Made by a program: the position numbers and the translations under genes
In this document: one piece after another, positions 53,285 through 64,000 of the stretch
How positions within the stretch are numbered: the first letter of the stretch is position 1
Layout of the letters: each line of letters begins with the position of its first letter
The notes under the pieces: generated by a model
The model's input: the letters and a program-made list of their open reading frames with translations, nothing else
The model's database searches: none
Told to the model about the DNA's origin: nothing
Origin: Mobula hypostoma
Lineage: Eukaryota
Direction of reading: 5' to 3'
Length of the DNA stretch: 64,000 bases
NCBI RefSeq assembly: GCF_963921235.1
Contig: NC_086097.1
Coordinates: 155,622,001 to 155,686,000 of the forward strand

Positions 53285-54625
53285 AGTGGCCACAGAAAAG
53301 CCTGTCAAGAGCTTAGGCAAGGTTTTTGACAGCTCTTTAAGGGGCACGACATCCATTCAGGTGACCTGCACCAAGTTAGATGGCTGTCTGAAATCTGTGG
53401 ACAAGTCTGGCCTACCTGGGAAGTTTAAAGCCTGGGTGTATCAGCATGGCATTCTTCCCAGAATCCTATGGCCCCTCCTCATCTATGCAGTTTTGATCTC
53501 GACAGTCGAAACTTTAGAGAAGAGGGTTAGCAACCACCTCAGGAGATGGCTGGAGCTACCAAAGAACCTGAGCAGCATGGCACTTTATAGACACCACCAC
53601 AAACTGCAACTGCCCTTCAAATCCCTGGAGACGAGAACTTGCATGGTGGTGGGAATGAAGCAATAGGGAGCTTGGACAAGATGGGAGAATGCGATTGAGA
53701 GGCAAGTGACCTGGGCTGATCTTTGGAAAGCTGAACAACACCGCATCCAATTTCTCATCCAGGCAGTGTACGATGTGCTTCTAAGCCCATCAAACCTGCA
53801 CACATGGGACAAGGCAGAGTCATCTGCGTGCCCACTGTGCTCCAAGTGAGGAACCCTGGAGCACATCCTCAGCGGCTGTGCAAGGGCACTTGGTGAGAGA
53901 CGGTACAGGTGGAGGCATGATCAGGTCCTGAAGACCACCGCTGAAGCCGTCAGCACAGGAGTTGAGTGGGTGAAGCGGTCCCGACCCTCCAAGCAGACCA
54001 TTGCCTTTGTCAGAGCTAGGGAGCAGCCAATACCCGTCAAAAGAACATCTGCAGGCATTCTGACCTCTGCAAGGGACTGGCAGCTGTTGGTGGATCTCGA
54101 AGGGCAACTGAAGTTCCCCAACCATATTGCAGCCACCACCCTGCGACCAGACGTTGTCCTAGTGTCTGAGTCTACTAAGCAAGTGGTGCTGCTGGAGCTG
54201 ACAGTCCCATGGGAAGATCGCTTGGAAGAGGCTCTTGAAAGGAAGCTCTCCAAGTACGCAGGACTGGTCAGTAACTGTCAGCAGGCTGGATGGAGAGCAA
54301 GGTGTCTCCCAGTGGAGGCTGGTTGTAGGGGATTTGCAGCCCGTTCCTTAGCAAATGCCTTCAGCAATTTGGGCATCGAGGGAGAGGGGAAGAGGAGAGC
54401 CATCCGCAGTACCACCAATGCGGCAGAGAGGGCCTCAAGATTGCTGTGGCTCAAAAGAGGGGAGCCATGGAGTCATAAGTAGCTAGCCCTCTGGACACAA
54501 GCTGGGGTCTGATCAGCCCTGGCTGGGTCACCTGGAGGAGGGTGTATGATGTTGAAAGACCCGAAACACCCAATGATTCCAGGAACATCACTGAAGATGT
54601 GTCCAGAGGCATCAGTAGATGTATG
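53285..54625 (+). mobile_element. HERO-like (R2-group, RLE-type) non-LTR retrotransposon, 5'-truncated
   Basis: EKPVKSLGK...SGLPGKFKAWVYQHGILPRILWPL; CCHC knuckle CPLC..GTLEHILSGC; RHDQVL; restriction-like endonuclease RPDVV...LLELTVPWE...KLSKY...VEAGCRG. Confidence 0.9.
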
Positions 54626-55639
54626 TACACAGCAAAATGGGTGATTGTACATCTGCAGGATGTTTTAGACTACATCCAGTTCAATTTATTGATTAAAATC
54701 AGTGCAAGAGCATTATATATAGATGAATCATGGCCCTCTTTAGGTTACTGGGCAAGACAAATTGTACCAATTTCAGTCCAAATGGAATGAAGGGCACATA
54801 GGGCCTACTGGATTTAGATGGGAAGGTACTGGACATGGGAAGACAGCTGATATATCTTGTATCCCTCCCTAGCTCTGCTTTGAAAACTTCAAATGCTCCA
54901 CTCTCCCACCCTCCATTTCCAAAGTAGAATCATTGACACAAGGTGCTAACTGCTTTCTCTTTCCATAGATACGTCACTGGATAAGTTCCTCCTGCATTTC
55001 TGCTTTTATTTCCAATTCTAGCAATTGCAGTTTGATTTGTTTTGCAGTGTGCATTAAGTTTGTCAAATATCACCCCCGCCCCCGCCCCCCCCCCCCCCCA
55101 GATAAGGCAGTTTCAAAGCTACTAACCAGGCTATTTCCTGGGATAAGAGGATTGTCTGTCAAGAAAGGCTAAACAGACAGGAACTGGATTCTTTGGAGTT
55201 TAAAGGATGAGGGGATGATCTCATTGCCTATACTTTCCTAATGGGAAATGTAGAATGAGTGGATATAATTTTAAGATAAGAGATTGGTAATTTAAATCCA
55301 AAGTATGGACATATTACCCAAAGGAATCTCTGACAATTCTGCCCTAGGGTGATAGAAGTTCTTAAAGTAGATATAAATAAATTTTTGAAAGATCAGGAGA
55401 TTGAGCACTCTGGGGATTTGGCATGGACAAGGAGGCAAGGCTTGAGGGGTCAGATGGCTTATACCTGTTCCTGTATTTTTATATATTTTGTTCTTTTGTA
55501 TCAGAACTGGCCATTTCTCTTGTAAGTTCATTGATCTGTAATGATAACTCAATTTTACTTCCTCTATAAATACTTTTCAGCAGACTCTTAGTTTGGATGT
55601 TTTAGCAACTGCTGTGTTTTACATTTCAGAGTCCCATCA

Positions 55640-55950
55640 CTTATGTAATTTTTGTCTCTTCTCTTTTCTTATTCGTCTCCCTCCATTTGCATTTCTTCCA
55701 GGCATATAATTTGCAGTTAACAAACCGTCACCATCTTCTCTCAGCGTAAATTATCAAAATTTGCATAATTCAGTCTTTCTTGACCTCCACCATTTTAAAA
55801 GACATTCTCTGTGTCCTATCCTTTCTCTGTAACCTAAAACATATTTGCTTTCTAACTTCTGGTTCTGATCAAAATTCAGTGATCTGTAGCTTAACAGTGC
55901 TTCCTTCTTCACAGCTGCTGCAGATATACTGAACATTTGTTTATTTTTTA
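55640..55950 (+). mobile_element. Degenerate Penelope pLTR-like fragment
   Basis: Pyrimidine-rich tract, then GTTCTGATCAAA...TTAAC...CACAGCTGCTG...CTGAACATTT. Confidence 0.45.
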
Positions 55951-55954
55951 TTTA

Positions 55955-56192
55955 CAGATGCATCATTGTAAACAGTCCCTTCTGGTCCAACAACCCCACA
56001 CCTCCCATTACACTTGTGTGACCAATTAACCTACTAACCTATTTGTCCTTGGAATGTGGGAAGAAACCAGAAAACGAGGAAACCCATGTACATTCTCCCC
56101 GTAATCACAAACTCCTTACAGAGAGTGGTGGAATTGAACCATGATCGCTAGCAATGTAATAAAGTTATGCTAACCTCTACACTACTGTGCTG
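55955..56192 (-). mobile_element. V-SINE-like SINE
   Basis: GGAATGTGGGAAGAAACCAG...GAAACCCA...AAACTCCTTACAGA...GGAATTGAACC (reverse B-box)...GCTAACC. Confidence 0.75.
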
Positions 56193-56559
56193 GCCCCAAG
56201 TTTTATTTTCAGTTTAGATTTATGCCATCTGCGGTTGTTTAATTTTCATAAAGTGTTACCTTGTATTAGACAAAATTACTTGACTGTGGCTACTATCAGT
56301 TCACAATATCTCTTTCTGAGAAATCACCTTATAGATGTAGATTCAAAAGGAGGGTTAGACATTTCGTTTAAGAACTTGACAGTGCAGTTTTTAATTTGTA
56401 TCTTTTCATATGAAACAATTTAGATCCTCATTAACAAAATTCTTCAGTAAATTTCAGTACAAATCAGCTCAGCTTTCACTTTGCAAAAGATTGAAAGTCT
56501 CTTCACAGGAGAGCACAAACCTAAATGGCATAGATCTTAGACGAAAGAGGAAAGATTTA

Positions 56560-56850
56560 AAAATATAGAACATAGAATAATATAGCACAGTGTGGGCCTT
56601 TTGCCTATGATGTTGTGCTGACTTGCATAAACCTGTTCTATGATCAATCTAACCTCTCCTTCCACAAAATTCCAGTTTTCTCTCATCTGTGTGTCTGTGT
56701 TAAATGTCCCTAATGTATCAGCCTCAACCATCACACCTGGCAGTGCATTCTAAGAACTTACCACTCTGTTTACAAATAACCTGAGGGACAAGTTTTTCAA
56801 TCAGAGTGTTGGGGATATAGAACATGCTGCCAGAGGAAGTGGTAGATGCA
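56560..56850. mobile_element. CR1 3' fragments in opposite orientations
   Basis: ATAGAACATAGAA tail and minus-strand 3' end to ~56770; plus-strand CTGAGGGACAAGTTTTT...GCTGCCAGAGGAAGTGG follows. Confidence 0.65.
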
Positions 56851-57429
56851 ACTCCTTTTCCTTCCTTTGTTAGGCTAGAATGACAATATCATTAACCAAC
56901 TTCATAAAACTCCTGAATGTAGAAATTATTTGTTTAATAACCATAATGACTTTACAGTTACAAATTGTGGTGGATTATTCCATGAAGAAATGTGTGCCAA
57001 AATCTACTGGTACTCACTAAATGACAAACAGATAAGTAACCTCAGCCTCTTAGAAAGAAGCAGGTTAGAAGGATGTTATCAACAAACTAAATAAACAATT
57101 GTGCTGCTAAATCAATGAAGTGTAAAACTAAACGAAAATCACTTGTAAATCAAGAGCTATTTGATAATGTTGCAGTTCTTTTTCTGCTTGCATTTTGACA
57201 AAGAACCTTCTTTTTATCCCATTCTAATGGTTTCATATTGATTACTTGTGGAAAAACAATATCTGGATGTAATCCGAGACTTCTAATTGGATATTTTGTA
57301 CAAGGCTATGCAACCAAGTTTGTGGTTAGTTCTCATTTGGCTCAGTGTCCATTATTTGATATTGTTTCTGTAAAGCGCAAAGAATTCTGAGAAAGCTAGT
57401 GTCTACTGTTTTAGGAGATTAAGGATATT

Positions 57430-58010
57430 CAACTTGTCACTGAACATTTTAACAAACTTCCAGAAATATACAATTGACAATATCCTGACTGGTTGCATCA
57501 TAGTCCAATGTAGCAGTGCAAATGCACAGGGAACTTGCGCAGCTGCAGAGGGTAGTGCCCAATGTAGGGGGCACATTTGTCCTTGCCACTGAGGGCATCA
57601 ACAGGAGGTGCTGCTTCAAGAAGGCAACATCTATTATTAAAGATCTCCACCATCTGGGCCATGTCATCTTCTCCCAGTTACTACTAGATGTGAGGTTCAG
57701 AGGCTTGAAGTTCCACACCACTGGGTTCAAGAACAGCTAATTCCTTTCAACCATTCAGTTCTTGAACCAACAGGCACAACTCTAATCATTAGATTTTAGC
57801 AACACTCTGATCTCTTTGAACACCTGGAACTAAAATGGACTTCGATTTTTTTTTCTCTGTTTTTCTCCTTCTAAAAATTGTATTTATGTTTAACATGCAT
57901 TTTCATGTGAATGCTGCTTGTGTGATGCTATATGCCCTGCAGTGCCGCCGCAAGGAAGTTCTTCATTGCATCTGTGCATATATGTACTTGTGCAGATTAT
58001 AATAAACTCA
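57430..58010 (+). mobile_element. Rex1/Babar-like 3' fragment
   Basis: NF...TIDNILTGCI, LQRVV, CFKKATSIIKDLHHLGH, TTGFKNS; ends TAATAAACTC. Confidence 0.75.
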
Positions 58011-58018
58011 AGCAACAC

Positions 58019-61000
58019 AGAAACATAGAAACATAGAAAATAGGTGCAGGAGTAGGCCATTCGGCCCTTCGAGCCTGCACCGCCTTTTATTATGATCATG
58101 GCTGATCATCCAACTCAGAACCCCGCCCCAGCCTTCCCTCCATACCCCCGATCCCCGTAGCCACAAGGGCCATATCTAACTCCCTCTTAAATATAGCCAA
58201 TGAACTGGCCTCAACTGTTTCCTGTGGCAGAGAATTCCACAGATTTACCACTCTCTGTGTGAAGAAGTTTTTCCTAATCTCGGTCCTAAAAGGCTTCCCC
58301 TTTATCCTCAAACTGTGACCCCTCGTTCTGGACTTCCCCAACATCGGGAACAATCTTCCTGCATCTAGCCTGTCCAATCCCTTTAGGATTTTATACGTTT
58401 CAATCAGATCCCCCCTCAATCTTCTAAATTCCAACGAGTACAAGCCCAGTCCATCCAGTCTTTCTTCATATGAAAATCCTGCCATCCCAGGAATCAATCT
58501 GGTGAACCTTCTTTGTACTCCCTCTATGGCAAGGATGTCTTTCCTCAGATTAGGGGACCAAAACTGCACACAATACTCCAGGTGTGGTCTCACCAAGGCC
58601 TTGTACAACTGCAGTAGTACCTCCCTGCTCCTGTACTCGAATCCTCTCGCTATATATGCCAGCATGCCATTTGCCTTTTTCACCGCCTGCTGTACCTGCA
58701 TGCCCACTTTCAATGACTGGTGTATAATGACACCCAGGTCTTGTTGCACCTCCCCTTTTCCTAATCGGCCACCATTCAGATAATAATCTGTTTTCCTATT
58801 TTTGCCACCAAAGTGGATAACTTCACATTTATCCACATTAAATTGCATCTGCCATGAATTTGCCCACTCACCCAACCTATCCAAGTCACTCTGCATCCTC
58901 TTAGCATCCTCCTCACAGCTAACACTGCCACCCAGCTTCATGACATCCGCAAACTTGGAGATGCTGCATTTAATTCCCTCATCCAAGTCATTAATATATA
59001 TTGTAAACAACTGGGGTCCCAGCACTGAGCCTTGCGGTACCCCACTAGTCACCGCCTGCCATTCTGAAAAGGTCCCGTTTATTCCCACTCTTTGCTTCCT
59101 GTCTGCTAACCAATTCTCCATCCACATCAATACCTTACCCCCAATACCGTGTGCTTTAAGTTTGCACACTAATCTCCTGTGTGGGACCTTGTCAAAAGCC
59201 TTTTGAAAATCCAAATATACCACATCCACTGGTTCTCCCCTATCCACTCTACTAGTTACATCCTCAAAAAATTCTATGAGATTCGTCAGACATGATTTTC
59301 CTTTCACAAATCCATGCTGACTTTGTCCGATCATTTCTCCGCTTTCCAAATGTGCTGTTATCACATCCTTGATAACTGACTCCAGCAGTTTCCCCACCAC
59401 CGACGTTAGGCTAACTGGTCTATAATTCCCCGGTTTCTCTCTCCCTCCTTTTTTAAAAAGTGGGGTTACATTAGCCACCCTCCAATCCTCAGGAACTAGT
59501 CCAGAATCTAACGAGTTTTGAAAAATTATCACTAATGCATCCACTATTTCTTGGGCTACTTCCCTAAGCACTCTAGGATGCAGACCATCTGGCCCTGGGG
59601 ATTTATTTGCCTTCAATCCCTTCAATTTACCTAACACCACTTCCCTACTAACATGTATTTCGCTCAGTTCCTCCATCTCACTGGACCCTCTGTCCCCTAC
59701 TATTTCTGGAAGATTATTTATGTCCTCCTTAGTGAAGACAGAACCAAAGTAATTATTCAGTTGGTCTGCCATGTCCTTGCTCCCCATAATCAATTCACCT
59801 GTTTCTGTCTGCAGGGGACCTACATTTGTCTTTACCAGTCTTTTCCTTTTTACATATCTATAAAAGCTTTTACAGTCCGTTTTTATGTTCCCTGCCAGTT
59901 TTCTCTCAATCTTTTTTCCCCTTCCTAATTAAGCCCTTTGTCCTCCTCTGCTGAACTCTGAATTTCTCCCAGTCCTCAGGTGAGCCACTTTCTCTGGCTA
60001 ATTTGTATGCTTCTTCTTTGGAATTGATACTATCCCTAATTTCTCTTGTCAGCCACGGGTGCACTACCTTCCTTGATTCATTCTTTTGTCAAACTGGGAT
60101 GAACAATTGTTGTAGTTCATCCATGCAACCTTTAAATGCTTGCCATTGCATATCCACCGTCAATCCTTTAAGTGTCATTTGCCAGTCTATCTTAGCTAAT
60201 TCACGTCTCATACCTTCAAAGTTACCCCTCTTTAAGTTCAGAACCTTTGTTTCTGAATTAACTATGTCACCCTCCATCTTAATGAAGAATTCCACCATAT
60301 TATGGTCACTCTTACCCAAGGGGTCTCTCACGACAAGATTGCTAATTAACCCTTCCTCATTGCTCAAAACCCAGTCCAGAATAGCCTGCTCTCTAGTTGG
60401 TTCCTCGACATGTTGGTTCAAAAAACCATCCCGCATACATTCCAAGAAATCCTCTTCCTCAGCACCTTTACCAATTTGGTTCACCCAATCTACATGTAGA
60501 TTGAAGTCACCCATTATAACTGCTGTTCCTTTATTGCACACATTTCTAATTTCCTGTTTAATACTATCTCCGACCTCACTACTACTGTTAGGTGGCCTGT
60601 ACACAACTCCCACCAGCATCTTCTGCCCCTTAGTGTTATGCAGCTCTACCCATATCGATTCCACATCTTCCCGGCTTATGTCCTTCCTTTCTATTGCGTT
60701 AATCTCTTCTTTAACCAGGAACGCCACCCCACCTCCCCTTCCTTCATGTCTATCCCTCCTGAATATTGAATATCCCTGAACGTTGAGCTCCCATCTTTGG
60801 TCACCCTGGAGCCATGTCTCTGTGATCCCAACTATATCATAATCATTAATAACAATCTGCACTTTCAATTCATCCACCTTATTACGAATGCTCCTTGCAT
60901 TGACACACAAAGCCTTCAGGCGCTCTTTTACAACTCTCTTAGCCCTTATACAATTATGTTGAAAAGTGGCCCTTTTTAATGCTTGCCCTGGATTTGTCGG

Positions 61001-61318
61001 CCTGCCACTTTTACTTTTCTCCTTAGTACTTTTTGCTTCTACCCTCACTTTACACCCCTCTGTCTTTCTGCACTGGTTCCCATCCCCCTGTTGTGAACTA
61101 ACCTCCTCATGCCTAGCCTCTTTAATTTGATTCCCACCCCCCAACCATTCTAGTTTAAAGTCACCTCAGTAGCCCTTGCCAATCTCCCTGCCAGGATATT
61201 GGTCCCCCTAGGATTCAAGTGTAACCCGTCCTTTTTGTACAGGTCACGTCTGTGCCAAAAGAGGTCTCAATGATCCAAAAACTTGAATCCCTGCCTCCTG
61301 CTCCAATCCCTCAGCCAC
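58019..61318 (-). mobile_element. Young CR1 LINE, 5'-truncated within ORF1
   Basis: ORF1 end (DGLHLNPRGTNILAGR...TLN*), APE ORF 60089-61144, RT ORF 58096-59793, (TTTCTATG)n tail. Confidence 0.96.
58096..61159 (-). pseudogene. CR1 ORF2 (APE endonuclease + reverse transcriptase), disrupted
   Basis: 351-aa and 565-aa open segments separated by a disrupted stretch at ~59800-60090; RT active site reads FADV rather than FADD. Confidence 0.93.
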
Positions 61319-61680
61319 TATCAAAATGTTGGAGGAACTCAGCAAGTTTGGCAGTATCTGTTAGAGGGAAAACAGTTGATATTTTGGGCTGAGACCTTCA
61401 TCAGACTGGAAAGCAAAGGGGCATAATTTGAAATAAGAAGGTGTGGGAGGGTAGGAGTACAACTGGCAGGTGATAGGAGGGATCAGATGAGGGGCAAGAT
61501 GTGTGGATTGATGATAGGAGGTATGTTTAAAAAAACTGGGAGGTGATGGGTGGAAGAGGTAAATGGCTGCAGAATAAGAAATTTTATTAGAGGGTACAGT
61601 GGACTTTGGAATATAGGGAATGCAAGGGGGATGCGGTTGGCAGATCATGAAGGTGGGAGGGTAACCTAAATAGGGAATAA
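61319..61680 (-). mobile_element. Penelope pLTR fragment with hammerhead-like core
   Basis: CAAAATGTTGGAGGAACTCAGC terminus; minus-strand CAGT-CTGATGA-AGG-TCTCAG-CCC-AAAAT-ATC-AACTG at 61373-61408. Confidence 0.8.
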
Positions 61681-61765
61681 TCCACTGTCCTCTCAGTTTA
61701 GGCTACGATTTTAATATACTGTAGATCCTTAAAGCCAATTAATCAAGTTCTAATCAGCCACAAAT

Positions 61766-62240
61766 CTTTTTTATTTTATAATTTTTATTAAATTTTCAAA
61801 AAGAATACATGAAAAGATAAAATCTATCCACCCCCCCTCCCCTTAACCCTCCCCCCCCATATATATAGTCCTACCTAAAAGAAAGAAAGAGAAAAAAAAA
61901 GAGCCGCCTGGGTATTGGAAGGTTTCCACATGCTCCATGGGATTCAAAATAAATTTGGTATAATTATTCGTTACTTTCCCCAAGTAACCAAATTCTTTGT
62001 CGGAGCACTTAAATATGACATCCTATCTTTTGTAAATAAGGGCGCCAAATATTCAAGAATGTTACATAATTATCTCTTAAATTATAAGTAATTTTTTCAA
62101 GTGGAATAGAACTAGCCATTTCATTATTCCAACGATCCATACTTAAATACGAATCAGATTTCCAAGTAACTGCTATAGTCTTCTTAGCTACTGCCAATGC
62201 AATTTTTATAAATTCTTTCTGATATTTATTCAATTTCTTG
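61766..62240 (-). mobile_element. L1/Tx1-type LINE 3' fragment
   Basis: ORF 62009-62233 (AKKTIAVTWKS...W...LEKITY...F..IW.PY) is an L1-clade ORF2 C-terminus; G-rich 3' UTR and A-rich tail. Confidence 0.85.
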
Positions 62241-62616
62241 AAACCTTGAAACTCTCAAAGTCCTGCGGGTTGTGTAAAATAATGACCAGATAATCCAAAA
62301 AGTAGCTGTTTGATAACTATGATTCACTGTTGTGACCCCTTCACCTAAATCTTGCCAGAAATATGATAGAAACTCACATACATAGGCTTTATGTGTTGCT
62401 GGCAACGAAAGCGTTTAATTCAATCTCAACTCTCCGTGTGCTTTCATAGTGTACAAGCCCAGCACTTCGGTGAAGATTTTGAATTATCAGAGAGCGAATA
62501 ATGTTCAATGTTTTCCCTTTTGGAACAATAATGATATAGTTAGGTTTGCAATATTCTGATAGTTTCAAACTCTTATTCTTTGATAATAGTTCATTATTTT
62601 CTCATTATTTTTAATA

Positions 62617-63530
62617 CAATGAATTCTGGTTAATTGCGACACATCAGGACCAATACATTTTGTACCAATTAAGTGACTGCCCCATTTAGTTGAAGTTTCA
62701 TAGAAATAGTTAAAAAGGCATAAAAATACAAACTACCTTTCAACTGAGTAACAAATTCTGTACTTAAGTGAAATACAGAACAAATGAGTACACCACCAAT
62801 ACTAATGGTTGTCTGTGGCATCTGATGATGACAGGAAAAACTTGGGAGGGAGGGTTGCTACAGTGGAAAAGCCATTGCACTGAGACAGTTCCACTCTCTT
62901 GACCGGGCCCAGTGGTAGAATAGCTGTCATAACTGGGCTCTTGCTTGTTAGTAGTGGATGACCATAGCTTTTTCTGTGCCTTGTCATGCACTTTTCTCTC
63001 CACTGAATGACGCAGAACTGCCTTCCTGGCTGTTAGATGTCCATTGTAGATCTCACCAACCCAATCCGCCAGTGTTGACTTAGCATACTAGGACTGGCAT
63101 GTCCCTATTTTACAGGGCTATGAGACTCGCTGGCTACCTTTACCTTGTTTAGCCAGCTTGGTGGAAGTGGTGTACTGGGCTGTGGCCATGGTTGCATGCC
63201 ATTGGTTACTTGTAGCCACCGGTGAAAGCTGAATGGGAACCATAAGCAACATTCATGATCGCCAACACCTTCAAATTCTTCACAGTTCCTCAAGCTTTGA
63301 AGTAGTGAGGTAATTTCAGTTTCACACCTGGCCATTTCAGTCATTTCCAAACCTGAATGCTTGAAACTGCAGTGAGCAAAATGACTCTGAATTCTCTTTC
63401 TGCTTATTTCCCACCAACTGTCAGTGGCAAAATCACAAACACACAGATGATGCTAGTTAGAAACTATTTGTCAAATCTATCCACTTTAAGCAGCATAGTG
63501 TCCCATTAAATGAAGGGAATCCTGGCTGTT
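62617..63530. mobile_element. Tigger/pogo-like MITE remnant, interrupted at ~62805-63230
   Basis: TA|CAATGAATTCTGGTTAATTGCGACAC terminus with repeated CCAATTA motifs; distal GTGTCCCATTAAA. Confidence 0.5.
62805..63230 (-). mobile_element. Non-coding RTE-related/SINE-like insertion
   Basis: GC-richer block inside the MITE; minus-strand end TTTTCCACTG...TCCTGTCATCATCAGATGCCACAGACAACC resembles RTE-associated non-autonomous elements (recollection only). Confidence 0.4.
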
Positions 63531-63537
63531 TAGTTTC

Positions 63538-64000
63538 TGTTCAGAATCAGTATGAGGTTTAATATTACTGGCATATGTTGTGAAATTTGTTAACTTAGTG
63601 GCAATAGTACAATGCATTTCATGATAAATATAGAAAATATATATGATACTGTGAAGACTGGTACCTATGATGGAGTTGACTTTCTGTAGTTTCTTTCAGT
63701 CCCATGCTGAAGACTCCCATACCAGACAGTGATGCAGCCTGTCAAAATGCTCTCCACGGTACATATGTAGAAGTTTTCGAGTGTTTTAGGTGACAAACTA
63801 AATCTTCTCAAACTCCTAATGAAATATAGCCACTGTCCTGCCTTATAGTTGCATAGATATGTTGTAACCAGATTAGGTCCTTAGAGATATTGATGCCCAG
63901 GAACTTGAAGTTGCTCACTCTCTCCACTTCAGATCCCTCTATGAGGATTGGTTTATGTTTCCCTGTCTTACCCTTACTGAAGTGCACAATCAGCTTTTTA
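63538..64000 (-). mobile_element. Rex1/Babar-like 3' end, runs off the window
   Basis: TCAGAATCAG tail; minus-strand SNFKFLGINISKDLIW...QWLYFIRSLRRF...NFYICTVESILTGCITVWYG. Confidence 0.85.

Noticed and set aside
54545..54597. SECIS, C/D box or canonical hammerhead in the HERO 3' UTR
   Set aside because: ATGA, GAAA and CTGA motifs are present, but spacing and helix order fit none of these models.
55072..55099. Poly-C tract / G-quadruplex
   Set aside because: Low-complexity run with no supporting context; similar runs at ~9001 and ~51182.
60003..60779. Long plus-strand ORFs (60003-60779, 275-847, 58802-59206, 940-1332) as novel genes
   Set aside because: They are antisense shadows of CR1 ORF2; the same Ser/Leu-rich peptides recur opposite every copy.
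1..64000. Prokaryotic systems (retron, CRISPR, defence operon) suggested by the many RT ORFs
   Set aside because: All RTs are eukaryotic non-LTR types with APE or RLE domains, tails and TSDs; coding density and decay are those of vertebrate non-coding DNA.

Overview
Eukaryotic, repeat-dominated, AT-rich non-coding DNA (intronic or intergenic). The mix of CR1/HER1-type LINEs, V-SINE-like elements, Penelope fragments and Rex1/Babar is typical of a cartilaginous fish, probably a ray (inference). No host gene, RNA gene or CRISPR array could be supported; essentially all long ORFs are transposon remnants or their antisense shadows. Contents: many CR1-clade LINE copies (one full-length, two retaining the ORF1 3' end plus most of ORF2), a fish-type L1 with two nested CR1s, a BovB-like RTE, a HERO-like RLE element, Rex1/Babar fragments, Penelope termini with decayed hammerhead ribozyme cores, three solo LTRs with TSDs, Tc1- and Tigger-like MITEs, a Chapaev3-like remnant and several SINEs. 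The most interesting signal is a U_UUA_AAC slippery heptamer directly before the ORF1 stop in divergent CR1 copies; in the cleanest copy it leads into an AUG-less ORF2 in the -1 frame, suggesting programmed -1 frameshifting. Family names come from motif recognition by eye, not database searches, and boundaries without TSDs are approximate.
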